A stretch of DNA of 64,000 nucleotides from Candidatus Levyibacteriota bacterium (GTDB lineage Bacteria; Patescibacteriota; Microgenomatia; Levybacterales; UBA12049): contig JBDRBE010000001.1 of the NCBI GenBank assembly GCA_043823085.1, positions 47,267 through 111,266 of the forward strand, in the 5' to 3' direction. Both the position numbers and the translations under genes were made by a program. The notes below the pieces were generated by a model, which saw nothing but the letters and a program-made list of their open reading frames with translations, was not told the DNA's origin and ran no database searches. Numbering within the stretch: position 1 is the stretch's first letter; each line of letters starts with the position of its first letter. Below, piece by piece: positions 8,985 to 16,914 of the stretch.

Positions 8985-9569
8985 TTATCTTAATCCTATT
9001 GCAGTTTGAAAAGTTTTACTTTCAGGCCCGGATTTTTTGATTGTTTTACTAGTTAAAGTAAAAGCTACTTTAATGGTGCTCTTCCCTTCTGTTTGCCCAA
9101 GTTGCATGAAGCTTAAATTTGATACACTTGTATCATTGCCATTTAATTGATCTGCTCCTAACATCAGATTACCATTGTTTAAGCTATAAACATAATCATC
9201 GCTATTTATAGTAATTGTTAAAGTTTGCGACTCGACTCCATAAGAAAGAGGAACCTTAACATCACTTGCTCTCCCAATGTCATAATTTAATCTTGAAAAA
9301 AGATATTTGCCGTCTTCCTGAACGCCGGACGTTGCTTCTGTATCAAGCTGTACATCTAAAATTGCCGTAAAAAGCTGAACCAAAACCAAAAGAAGCATCG
9401 AAAAAATACCAAGATAAATTAGAAGCTCAATAAGAGTAAACCCCGCACCTACGACTTTACGGCTCACCCCGCTGACTCGCCTCGCTTCGCGGACATTGAT
9501 TAACTCTTGTTTTAACGAACAGATATTGTGGTGCGGGGTAAATCCTTTTATTTTTTTGATTTTTAACAT
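8985..9569 (-). CDS. prepilin/pseudopilin with a 34-codon in-frame insertion in the leader (see mobile_element 9440-9539)
   Basis: ...KVVGAG|FTLIELLIYLGIFSMLLLVLVQLF is the class III signal. The leader is about 40 aa instead of the usual 6-25. Confidence 0.7.
   Translation of the reverse strand: MLKIKKIKGFTPHHNICSLKQELINVREARRVSGVSRKVVGAGFTLIELLIYLGIFSMLLLVLVQLFTAILDVQLDTEATSGVQEDGKYLFSRLNYDIGRASDVKVPLSYGVESQTLTITINSDDYVYSLNNGNLMLGADQLNGNDTSVSNLSFMQLGQTEGKSTIKVAFTLTSKTIKKSGPESKTFQTAIGLR
9440..9539. mobile_element. MITE-like insertion (about 100 bp) with perfect 10-bp terminal inverted repeats ACCCCGCACC / GGTGCGGGGT
   Basis: 9440-9449 accccgcacc is the exact reverse complement of 9530-9539 ggtgcggggt. 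The interior is GC-rich (ctcgcctcgcttcgcgg) in an AT-rich gene. Coding-strand direct repeats gGaTTTAC / gGgTTTAC flank it. Removing the 102 nt between them restores KG|FTLIELL. Confidence 0.45.
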
Positions 9570-9571
9570 GG

Positions 9572-11530
9572 TTATGGCGAATAATTAATAGTTATATCTT
9601 CTAATACCGGTGTCTGCGTTGAATCTTGAGTTGACAAATATGCCTTATATTTAAAACAGCGGCCAGGATTCTTATAATTTCCGTTCTCAATCACAGGTAT
9701 GGCAGATGACGTTGTAAAAAACGTTGTAGAGGTGGCGTCTGGACCAATAAAATTAAAAGTTGCTCCGCTGCAACTGCCGCCAACGGCATCTGCCACTGCG
9801 ACTTGGAATTTGATATTTGTTTGAGATGGTTTAAGAAAGTTGACTGAAAAGTTATTGAATGCTATCGAATAAGTGGCGTCAAATATCTTTGATTCAAATG
9901 TGCCCAGCGGTGATAATCCTCCTCCCGGTCCGCCAGCGATTATTTGAAACTCCTTACTTGCATTATCTGTCAAAATATAAGAATACGCATCTCCGTCGTC
10001 TTCAAGAACTGAAGCAATAGCATTTATACTTGTTGCTCCGTTGGGATTTGTTAATCCGCCGCAACGAAATGGAGGAAAGTCAGGAACTTTAGAAAGATTA
10101 AGAACCTGATATTGCTCCCCGCCAGATCCAACTATAATAACCATGTTTCCCGACACCGCCACTACTCCTTTGGGATTCATTGTGCCGGTATTGTAAACAC
10201 CAAGAGGTACTGGCAATGTTGTTATCTTACTGGAAGTATCGAGAATAAAAAAATCATTTTCCGGAGTTGACGCTTGTTTTGTCACTAAATAAACTCTAGT
10301 CCCGGTCGGATTAACAAAAAGGTCTGTTGCTTGTCGATCGTTAACATGCGCCGAAGAAACTTTTAAAATATTTAATGGATCGCTGATGTCATATATTGCC
10401 AACTGCTCCGTGGTGCTTGCTATGACTACATAAGCGTAATTTCCAATAACTATAACTCTTTTACCTGTTCCCGCGAGATCAATATGACCAAGCTCATTCC
10501 GAGATCCTGTTCTTTCTGAAAGATCAAACGTATAAAGCCTATTGCCAACCGTAACAAAACCAATATCTTTTCCAAGAATGCTGTTATACGCCACAAAAAC
10601 GCTAACGCCGCTTCCGCCTCCTGAACTGGCAAAAGTACCAACTTGGGCATAAGGTTTACTTGAAATCTCAATAATATCCACTGTTAATTTTGGGTGGTCT
10701 GATGTTAAATATGCATAAGAACTGTCTGTATAAATTCCATAAGTTTTATAGTTATTATAAGATGCATCATTTACAGCCACAGGCGGCGAAGAATTACTTA
10801 TTGCCATACTGTCCATAGAATTACCCGAAGCATTTCCTCCAGTTGTCGTATAAGCATGTCCTTGAACAGCGCTAATGGCTGTTGTTATACCCTGTCCAGG
10901 CAAGTCAAGCGGGTTAATCGAAAGATTGGGAGAACACCAATTTCCACTTCCGCCTGTGCCCAAAATTACTTCGCCTCCCCACATATTCGCAATAGTTACT
11001 CCATCTTTTATCCCAGAATTAAAATCGTCTTCTGTAGTTTCGGTATAAGTTATATTTGTATGGCGAGTAATATAAACCACCGAAGAAACAGTAGTTGCTA
11101 AGGGCGTATTCCAAGAAACATTAACTTGGACTTTTTTTGTTGAAGGGTCAATAATACCGCCGGTTAAAACAATCACACCGGATAAGTCCCTGTAAGCATC
11201 GCTAATAACTATCTGCCGAGTAAAATTATCAATTGTTTCCGAACCAGCAGAAAGAAACCAAGTTGTCCCCAAAGCTTCCGCATGAAAAGTTCCGTTAACC
11301 GCAAAATTGTTCCAATCTTTGTCGCGAACAATACGCACTGCTTCTTGAGCTTCTTTCACAAGCAGAGTTGCTCTTGTTCTTTGATCCTGCTGCGGTCTTC
11401 CTTCTTTTGAAGCCATAAAACTTGTAAAAAGAGCTGGTAAAAGGAGCGAGGCAACACCAATCGCCACTAAAAGTTCTATTAGCGACTGCCCTTTTCTCGA
11501 TTTAAAAATTGCAATCATCAAGCAATGCAT
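9572..11530 (-). CDS. large pilin-like protein (prepilin N-terminus plus LVIVD beta-propeller repeats), candidate pilus-associated adhesin
   Basis: 652 aa. N-terminus GQSLIELLVAIGVASLLLPALF is a prepilin-type signal. The central region has repeated YAYV.../LAIYDISDP/VYLV segments like LVIVD repeats. Confidence 0.6.
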   Translation of the reverse strand: MHCLMIAIFKSRKGQSLIELLVAIGVASLLLPALFTSFMASKEGRPQQDQRTRATLLVKEAQEAVRIVRDKDWNNFAVNGTFHAEALGTTWFLSAGSETIDNFTRQIVISDAYRDLSGVIVLTGGIIDPSTKKVQVNVSWNTPLATTVSSVVYITRHTNITYTETTEDDFNSGIKDGVTIANMWGGEVILGTGGSGNWCSPNLSINPLDLPGQGITTAISAVQGHAYTTTGGNASGNSMDSMAISNSSPPVAVNDASYNNYKTYGIYTDSSYAYLTSDHPKLTVDIIEISSKPYAQVGTFASSGGGSGVSVFVAYNSILGKDIGFVTVGNRLYTFDLSERTGSRNELGHIDLAGTGKRVIVIGNYAYVVIASTTEQLAIYDISDPLNILKVSSAHVNDRQATDLFVNPTGTRVYLVTKQASTPENDFFILDTSSKITTLPVPLGVYNTGTMNPKGVVAVSGNMVIIVGSGGEQYQVLNLSKVPDFPPFRCGGLTNPNGATSINAIASVLEDDGDAYSYILTDNASKEFQIIAGGPGGGLSPLGTFESKIFDATYSIAFNNFSVNFLKPSQTNIKFQVAVADAVGGSCSGATFNFIGPDATSTTFFTTSSAIPVIENGNYKNPGRCFKYKAYLSTQDSTQTPVLEDITINYSP

Positions 11531-11536
11531 TTAATT

Positions 11537-12031
11537 TTAATTTACTCCTGAAATTACACCATATTTATTAAAAGTTAATGTTTTTTGCTCATTGTCTTGA
11601 ATGTTTTTCAGTGTTAATGTATTTTGACCGCTTATAAAACCTGCTATTTCCCCGCTTCCTTTATTAAAAACAATCGTCTCTCCAGGCAAAGACGTAGAGC
11701 TAAATTCTAAATTTTGATCAAGATATATTATAAAATTCGTCGGATCATTAGCGTTATACGATGAGCCATGAAAAAGAATATATCTGTTTGCTTCAAAACG
11801 AACACCATAATCGTCTGATTGGGACCTTCCTTCTGTATCGCCAATCATAGCTTTTAATTGCTGCTCTCTAACATCCGCCACGAATTTTAAAAACTGACCA
11901 TTTAACGAGGATGAATATTGCGCCCGTAACAAATTGAAAGTTATCAAGCCAAATATAATAGCTGTGACTCCAAAAACTACTATTAATTCTACCACGCTGA
12001 ATCCCTTTTTATTGAATTTAAAACTTTCCAT
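11537..12031 (-). CDS. pseudopilin (GspH/FimT-like)
   Basis: KKGFSVVELIVVFGVTAIIFGLITFNL is a class III prepilin signal. 164 aa. Confidence 0.7.
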   Translation of the reverse strand: MESFKFNKKGFSVVELIVVFGVTAIIFGLITFNLLRAQYSSSLNGQFLKFVADVREQQLKAMIGDTEGRSQSDDYGVRFEANRYILFHGSSYNANDPTNFIIYLDQNLEFSSTSLPGETIVFNKGSGEIAGFISGQNTLTLKNIQDNEQKTLTFNKYGVISGVN

Positions 12032-12037
12032 TGTGGA

Positions 12038-13090
12038 TTATCTCGCACCGACTTGCCCAATTAAACCATATATTGGAGCAATTATCGAAATCATCATTGC
12101 CCCAACCAAAATTCCGACAATTACAAGCATTACCGGTTCCAAAACAACCGTAAGTGTTTTTAAAGTACTTGAAACTTCATTGTCAAGATATTCCGCTATG
12201 TCCTGCATTGATTTTTCTAAAGTTCCTGTTTTTTCTCCGGCCTCAATAATTTTTATCATGATGCTGGAAAAAACATCTTTTCTTTCTTTAAAACCTTCCG
12301 ACATTGGTCTTCCTGATAAAACTGTTTCTTTTGCATGAGCTATCGCCTTGGAAACATCTGACTTCAAAACAACATCTTGAGCCAATTCTAAAGCGCTATT
12401 TATTGTAATACCTGAAGCCAAAAGAAGATAAAGGCTTCTAGAAAACCGCGTCAAATCAATTTCTTTAATAAGTTTTTCAACTAAAGGCAGGGAAAAAACA
12501 ATATTGTAAACAAGACGTTTTTGCGCTCGATACAAAAGAATAAACCCAAAAACTACTCCTACTGTTGCAAGAATAATTGGAATAGTTTGATGAAGAAGAG
12601 CATCTGAGGCAAAAATAAGAATTTTTGTCGGAAGAGGTAATGAGATTTTTAATTTTAAGAAAACCGACGAGATTCTAGGAATAACGACAACCAACATTAA
12701 TAGCATTATTCCTGCAAAAACAATAAAAACCAAAACCGGATAAATAAGAGCGCCTTTTACCCTGCCTATAAATTCAATATCTTTTGTAATCTGCTGTTTT
12801 AAATCTTTTAAGGTAATATCAAGTGTTCCGGCCTCCTCCGAAGCCTTAATAATGTTTATCATAACCTTATCAAAAACATTTGGAAAATTAGAAAACGATG
12901 AATAAAGATGTTTGCCTTCGGCAAGATCATCTTGCACTGCTTCTAAAATTTTTTTTGTATTTCCTTTTGAACCTTCCATAAGAGATTGAACTGTTTCAAG
13001 AATAGGAATTCCGGCGTTAAGCATTGTAGCCATATTGCTTATTAAATTAAGTTTCTCGCTATTTGAAATGGAAATATTTTGATTATTCAT
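12038..13090 (-). CDS. pilC: type IV pilus / T2SS platform protein PilC (GspF family)
   Basis: 350 aa, 3 TM. Two GspF repeats with G..L...M......F..........EAGE..G.L motifs (IKASEEAGTLD; IIEAGEKTGTLE). Confidence 0.85.
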   Translation of the reverse strand: MNNQNISISNSEKLNLISNMATMLNAGIPILETVQSLMEGSKGNTKKILEAVQDDLAEGKHLYSSFSNFPNVFDKVMINIIKASEEAGTLDITLKDLKQQITKDIEFIGRVKGALIYPVLVFIVFAGIMLLMLVVVIPRISSVFLKLKISLPLPTKILIFASDALLHQTIPIILATVGVVFGFILLYRAQKRLVYNIVFSLPLVEKLIKEIDLTRFSRSLYLLLASGITINSALELAQDVVLKSDVSKAIAHAKETVLSGRPMSEGFKERKDVFSSIMIKIIEAGEKTGTLEKSMQDIAEYLDNEVSSTLKTLTVVLEPVMLVIVGILVGAMMISIIAPIYGLIGQVGAR

Positions 13091-14769
13091 AACGACTCTA
13101 CTTTTGTAACTCTTAGAATTTCTTCAATTGTTGTAACTCCTCTAGCAACTTTATCCAAACCATCATCTAACATAGTTGTCATTCCTTCATTAATTGCTTC
13201 TTTGGCAAGGATGTCGGAATCGTTTTTTTCGGTAATTAACTTTCTTATTTTTTCCGATGTTTCAATAATTTCAAAGATACCAAGTCTTCCGACATATCCT
13301 GTAAAATGACAGATCTTACAACCTTTTCCATGACAGGCTTTAATCGTTTCGCTTTCTCCAAAGTGTTTTTTAAAATCACTTTCTGAAAGATTTTTAAGAA
13401 TTTCGTTTCTATCAAGTGTTATCTCTTCTTTACAAGAGTCGCAAATTTTTCTAATTAATCTCTGTGCGACAATAACAGTAATTGTCGAGGCAACCAAAAA
13501 AGGCTCGACTTTCATATCAATAAGTCGAGGCAGGGCTGTTGCGGCATTGTTGGTATGAAGCGTTGAAACTACTAAATGTCCCGTCAATGCGGCATTAACG
13601 GCAATACCGGCAGTTTCCGTATCCCTTATTTCTCCGACAAAAACAACATTAGGATCTTGTCTTAGAATAGAACGAAGACCATTGGCAAAAGTCAAGTTTG
13701 TCTTAACATTCACCTGAATTTGATTAACACCTTTTATTCTGTATTCAACCGGATCCTCTATGGTTGTAATATTTTTTTCTCGGGTGTTTAAGATTTTTAA
13801 AATTGCATAAATAGAAGTTGTCTTTCCCGAACCTGTAGGACCGGTTGATAAAATCATGCCGTATGATTTATTGATGGCTGAGTTAACTTTTTGAAGATCC
13901 TTTTGGTTCATGCCAAGATCGAGAAGCGAAAACTCCCGAGAATGAGAAGATAAAAGGCGCAATACAACCTTCTCGCCGTCTGCAATTGGAACTACCGAAA
14001 CTCTCAAATCAAGATTGTCATTATCAATTGCCATCCGCATTTTACCGTCTTGAGCGCTTAAATGCTCATCTGTTCTAAGCCTCGATAAAACTTTGATTCT
14101 TGTTACAATTCTGTCATGAAGCACCTTCTCTACCGTCAAAACATCATGTAAAATTCCATCTATTCTAAACCTGATTAAAGAATCTTTTTCTTGCGGCTCA
14201 ATATGAATATCCGAGGCTTTATCATGATAGGCATAGGTTATTAAAAGATCGACTATTTTTATAATTGGCGCGTCATCCAAAACGCTATTAACGTTGCCTA
14301 TTTCTTCTAATAATAATTCATCAAAAGTCTTTTGCAAATCTTTACGGTAAAATTGCAAAGTGTTTTCGATATCTTTTTCTGTCGCAAAATAAGGAATAAT
14401 TTTTTGCCCTGTTTTTTTAGAAATCACAGTAAGGATTTCCGAATTTGAAGGATCATCCATGGCAAGCTTTACCCCATCGTTATCCCTGGCAAAAGCAATA
14501 ACTTTGTATTTTCGGGCAATTCTTTCCGGAACAATATTAAAAATATTGTCAGGAATTGTGATTTTGGAAAGCGTGACAAAAGGGCATTTCAAATAGTTTG
14601 CAACCAAGAGTCCTAATTTTTCATCGCTAATAAGATCTTTTTCTATTATCGCCTCCCGTAAAGAGGCTCTGGAATTTTTGGCAACTACAATCAGTTCATC
14701 AAGTGTTTTTTGGTCTACAATTCCACTTTGAATCAATAACGCCTTAAGCGAATCATCGGGCAGGATCAT
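13087..14769 (-). CDS. pilB: type IV pilus assembly ATPase PilB (GspE family)
   Basis: 560 aa. Walker A GPTGSGKTT. GspE N-domain and the C-terminal tetracysteine cluster (CDSC...CHGKGCKIC). Confidence 0.9.
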   Translation of the reverse strand: MILPDDSLKALLIQSGIVDQKTLDELIVVAKNSRASLREAIIEKDLISDEKLGLLVANYLKCPFVTLSKITIPDNIFNIVPERIARKYKVIAFARDNDGVKLAMDDPSNSEILTVISKKTGQKIIPYFATEKDIENTLQFYRKDLQKTFDELLLEEIGNVNSVLDDAPIIKIVDLLITYAYHDKASDIHIEPQEKDSLIRFRIDGILHDVLTVEKVLHDRIVTRIKVLSRLRTDEHLSAQDGKMRMAIDNDNLDLRVSVVPIADGEKVVLRLLSSHSREFSLLDLGMNQKDLQKVNSAINKSYGMILSTGPTGSGKTTSIYAILKILNTREKNITTIEDPVEYRIKGVNQIQVNVKTNLTFANGLRSILRQDPNVVFVGEIRDTETAGIAVNAALTGHLVVSTLHTNNAATALPRLIDMKVEPFLVASTITVIVAQRLIRKICDSCKEEITLDRNEILKNLSESDFKKHFGESETIKACHGKGCKICHFTGYVGRLGIFEIIETSEKIRKLITEKNDSDILAKEAINEGMTTMLDDGLDKVARGVTTIEEILRVTKVESL

Positions 14770-14907
14770 ATATTAATATAGTACCATATTTGTTTGAAAA
14801 TAAAAGTCAATTATTAATTGTTTTTATATACTATATATAGTAGCAACAAAAAACCAGCTGATTAAAATTAGGGATATTAACGTTTAGCTTGCCCTAAAAG
14901 CCTTTTA

Positions 14908-14926
14908 GAGGACTGTCTTTATAGGC
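14908..14926 (-). promoter_or_regulatory. conserved 19-nt upstream motif, copy 1 (upstream of pilB)
   Basis: gaggactgtctttataggc. Same motif as at 15386-15404 and 16841-16859 (15 of 19 positions conserved). Confidence 0.35.
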
Positions 14927-14949
14927 CAATAATAATTTTTTAGCTCTGC

Positions 14950-15378
14950 TTATAAATTCTTAAAAAAATGGTAGCCGTAGTTTTTATAACCTAGTGATTC
15001 GTAAAGTTTATGCCCCAATGTATGTTTATATTGAGACTCTATATATAAACGATAGCAATTTAATTTTTTTGCTTGTTTTTCAACTTCGCTCATTAATCGC
15101 TTGCCAATACCCTTCCCTCTATAGTTTGTGTCCACATACATTTCGTCAAGTTCTGCTATTGGCCTTTTATAACGTGTAACATTTCTTATGGAAAATGTCG
15201 CAAAGCCTACTAAATTATTCTTATCTTGGGCAACAAAGATAAAATTCGATCGGCTTCTTAAAACTTTATGAAAAGAGTCATTATCTTTTTTTGAATATCT
15301 GTCTTCTCCAACGAAATCATTATAAAGTTTTACTATTTGCTGATAATCCGTATCTTTTGCAGTTCTAATAATTATCAT
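14950..15378 (-). CDS. GNAT family N-acetyltransferase
   Basis: 142 aa. Acetyl-CoA motif A YRGKGIGKRLM and the VDTNY/ES fold pattern. Confidence 0.8.
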   Translation of the reverse strand: MIIIRTAKDTDYQQIVKLYNDFVGEDRYSKKDNDSFHKVLRSRSNFIFVAQDKNNLVGFATFSIRNVTRYKRPIAELDEMYVDTNYRGKGIGKRLMSEVEKQAKKLNCYRLYIESQYKHTLGHKLYESLGYKNYGYHFFKNL

Positions 15379-15385
15379 AATAATA

Positions 15386-15404
15386 GAGAACAGTCTTTAT
15401 ATGG
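15386..15404 (-). promoter_or_regulatory. conserved 19-nt upstream motif, copy 2 (upstream of the GNAT gene)
   Basis: gagaacagtctttatatgg, about 10 nt upstream of the GNAT start codon. Confidence 0.35.
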
Positions 15405-15418
15405 ATTTCTCTTATAAT

Positions 15419-16798
15419 TTATTTAGCTGTTGAAATAACTTTAATCTGGCAAAGTTCTCTAAAGCCTACAACTCCGTGCTCTCGTCCCATTCCGGAATTT
15501 TTATAACCGCCAAATGGATTACAGGATGATAACCATCTATTTGTTCCATTTATTTCAATACTGCCCGCGTCTATTCTCGATGCCACTCTTTGTGCTCTTA
15601 TCATATCTTTTGAAAATACTTTACTCCCTAATCCATAAATTGTGTCATTGGCAAGCTCTACCGCTTCTTGTTCTGTTTGAAATGTAAGCAATGAAAGTAC
15701 CGGTCCAAACACCTCTTCTTTCCATACGCGCATATTTCTTTTAATATTTCCTAAAACTGTTGGCGGACAAAATGCGCCTTTTAAATTATTTGGTGCGGGT
15801 AACTGAATAAGTATTTTTGCTCCTTTAGACATCGCATCATCAACTTGTCCTTTTAAAAGATCAAGCTGTCTTTTTGCCACTAAACTTCCTATATCTGTCT
15901 TTTCATCGCTAGGATCACCGACTTTTTTTGATTCGATGAGTTTCTTTAATTGCGAAATTATCTTATCTGCAACTGACTCATGTACAATCAGTCTTTTAAC
16001 GGAATTGCAAACTTGACCGCAATTCTGAAAGCGGCTTGCATAAACTGCTTCTGCGGCTTTAACAATATCAGCATCTTGAAAAACTACACAAGGGCTTGAA
16101 CCTCCCATTTCTAAAACAACTTTAATAAATTTATCAGCCGCGGTCTTATATAATAATCTCCCTACTTTTGTACTGCCGGTAAACCAAATGAGATTTATAT
16201 TATCTTCTGATAATCGTCTTCCTACCTCACCTGCCCCATAAATTTCTTCAAAAACGCCTTTTGGCAATTTATGGTTAAGAAATACTTTTTCCATAAATTT
16301 TCCAACAAGCGGAGATTCTTCGGAAACTTTAAAAACCACCACATTTCCTGCTAATAAGTTTGGGACAATACCCCATATTGCCATACCAAAAGGAAAATTC
16401 CACGGAGTAATAACCCCTGCTACGCCAAAAGGTTCATATACAATTTTATGAATTGAATCTTTGTCTTCATACGTTACCTCATCCGCCAAAGCAGATTCAG
16501 CGTTATTTAAAAACCATTCAAAATTTGTTATTTTACTTTCAACTTCCCCACGGCTTTGTACAATTGGTTTACCGGTTTCTTTTGTAATTAACTGCGCTAA
16601 TTCTTCACCGCGTTTAACAAACTCTTGGCAAATAGGACGAAGTAAATTAATACGTTTTTTGACGCCCAATTCTTTCCATATTAGCTTTACTCCGTTGGCT
16701 TTTTTAACTTTTTCTGCTATTTCGGCAGTGGTAGAAATTGCAACTTCTCCAACAATTGAATAATTGTCTGCTGGATTAGTGGATACAAGTTTATTCAT
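15419..16798 (-). CDS. aldehyde dehydrogenase family protein (NAD(P)+)
   Basis: 459 aa. FTGSTKVG, LEMGGSSP (catalytic Glu) and the NCGQVC catalytic Cys motif. Confidence 0.9.
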   Translation of the reverse strand: MNKLVSTNPADNYSIVGEVAISTTAEIAEKVKKANGVKLIWKELGVKKRINLLRPICQEFVKRGEELAQLITKETGKPIVQSRGEVESKITNFEWFLNNAESALADEVTYEDKDSIHKIVYEPFGVAGVITPWNFPFGMAIWGIVPNLLAGNVVVFKVSEESPLVGKFMEKVFLNHKLPKGVFEEIYGAGEVGRRLSEDNINLIWFTGSTKVGRLLYKTAADKFIKVVLEMGGSSPCVVFQDADIVKAAEAVYASRFQNCGQVCNSVKRLIVHESVADKIISQLKKLIESKKVGDPSDEKTDIGSLVAKRQLDLLKGQVDDAMSKGAKILIQLPAPNNLKGAFCPPTVLGNIKRNMRVWKEEVFGPVLSLLTFQTEQEAVELANDTIYGLGSKVFSKDMIRAQRVASRIDAGSIEINGTNRWLSSCNPFGGYKNSGMGREHGVVGFRELCQIKVISTAK

Positions 16799-16840
16799 GC
16801 CAATATTATAACATAGGTAAATAAAATTTTAACTAACGAG

Positions 16841-16859
16841 GGCAACAGTCCTTATAGGG
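16841..16859 (-). promoter_or_regulatory. conserved 19-nt upstream motif, copy 3 (upstream of the ALDH gene), with an extended -10
   Basis: ggcaacagtccttataggg. On the minus strand it is followed about 33 nt later by tgTTATAAT, 6 nt before the ALDH ATG. Confidence 0.4.
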
Positions 16860-16914
16860 ATAGCAAAATCAACCCAATTGCGGATAGTGGCTCATTCGAC
16901 TGCGCTCAGAGTCA

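Noticed and set aside
9572-11530. Diversity-generating retroelement target in the large pilin-like protein
   Set aside because: No reverse-transcriptase ORF is present in the window. No template/variable repeat pair matching the C-terminus of the protein is evident.
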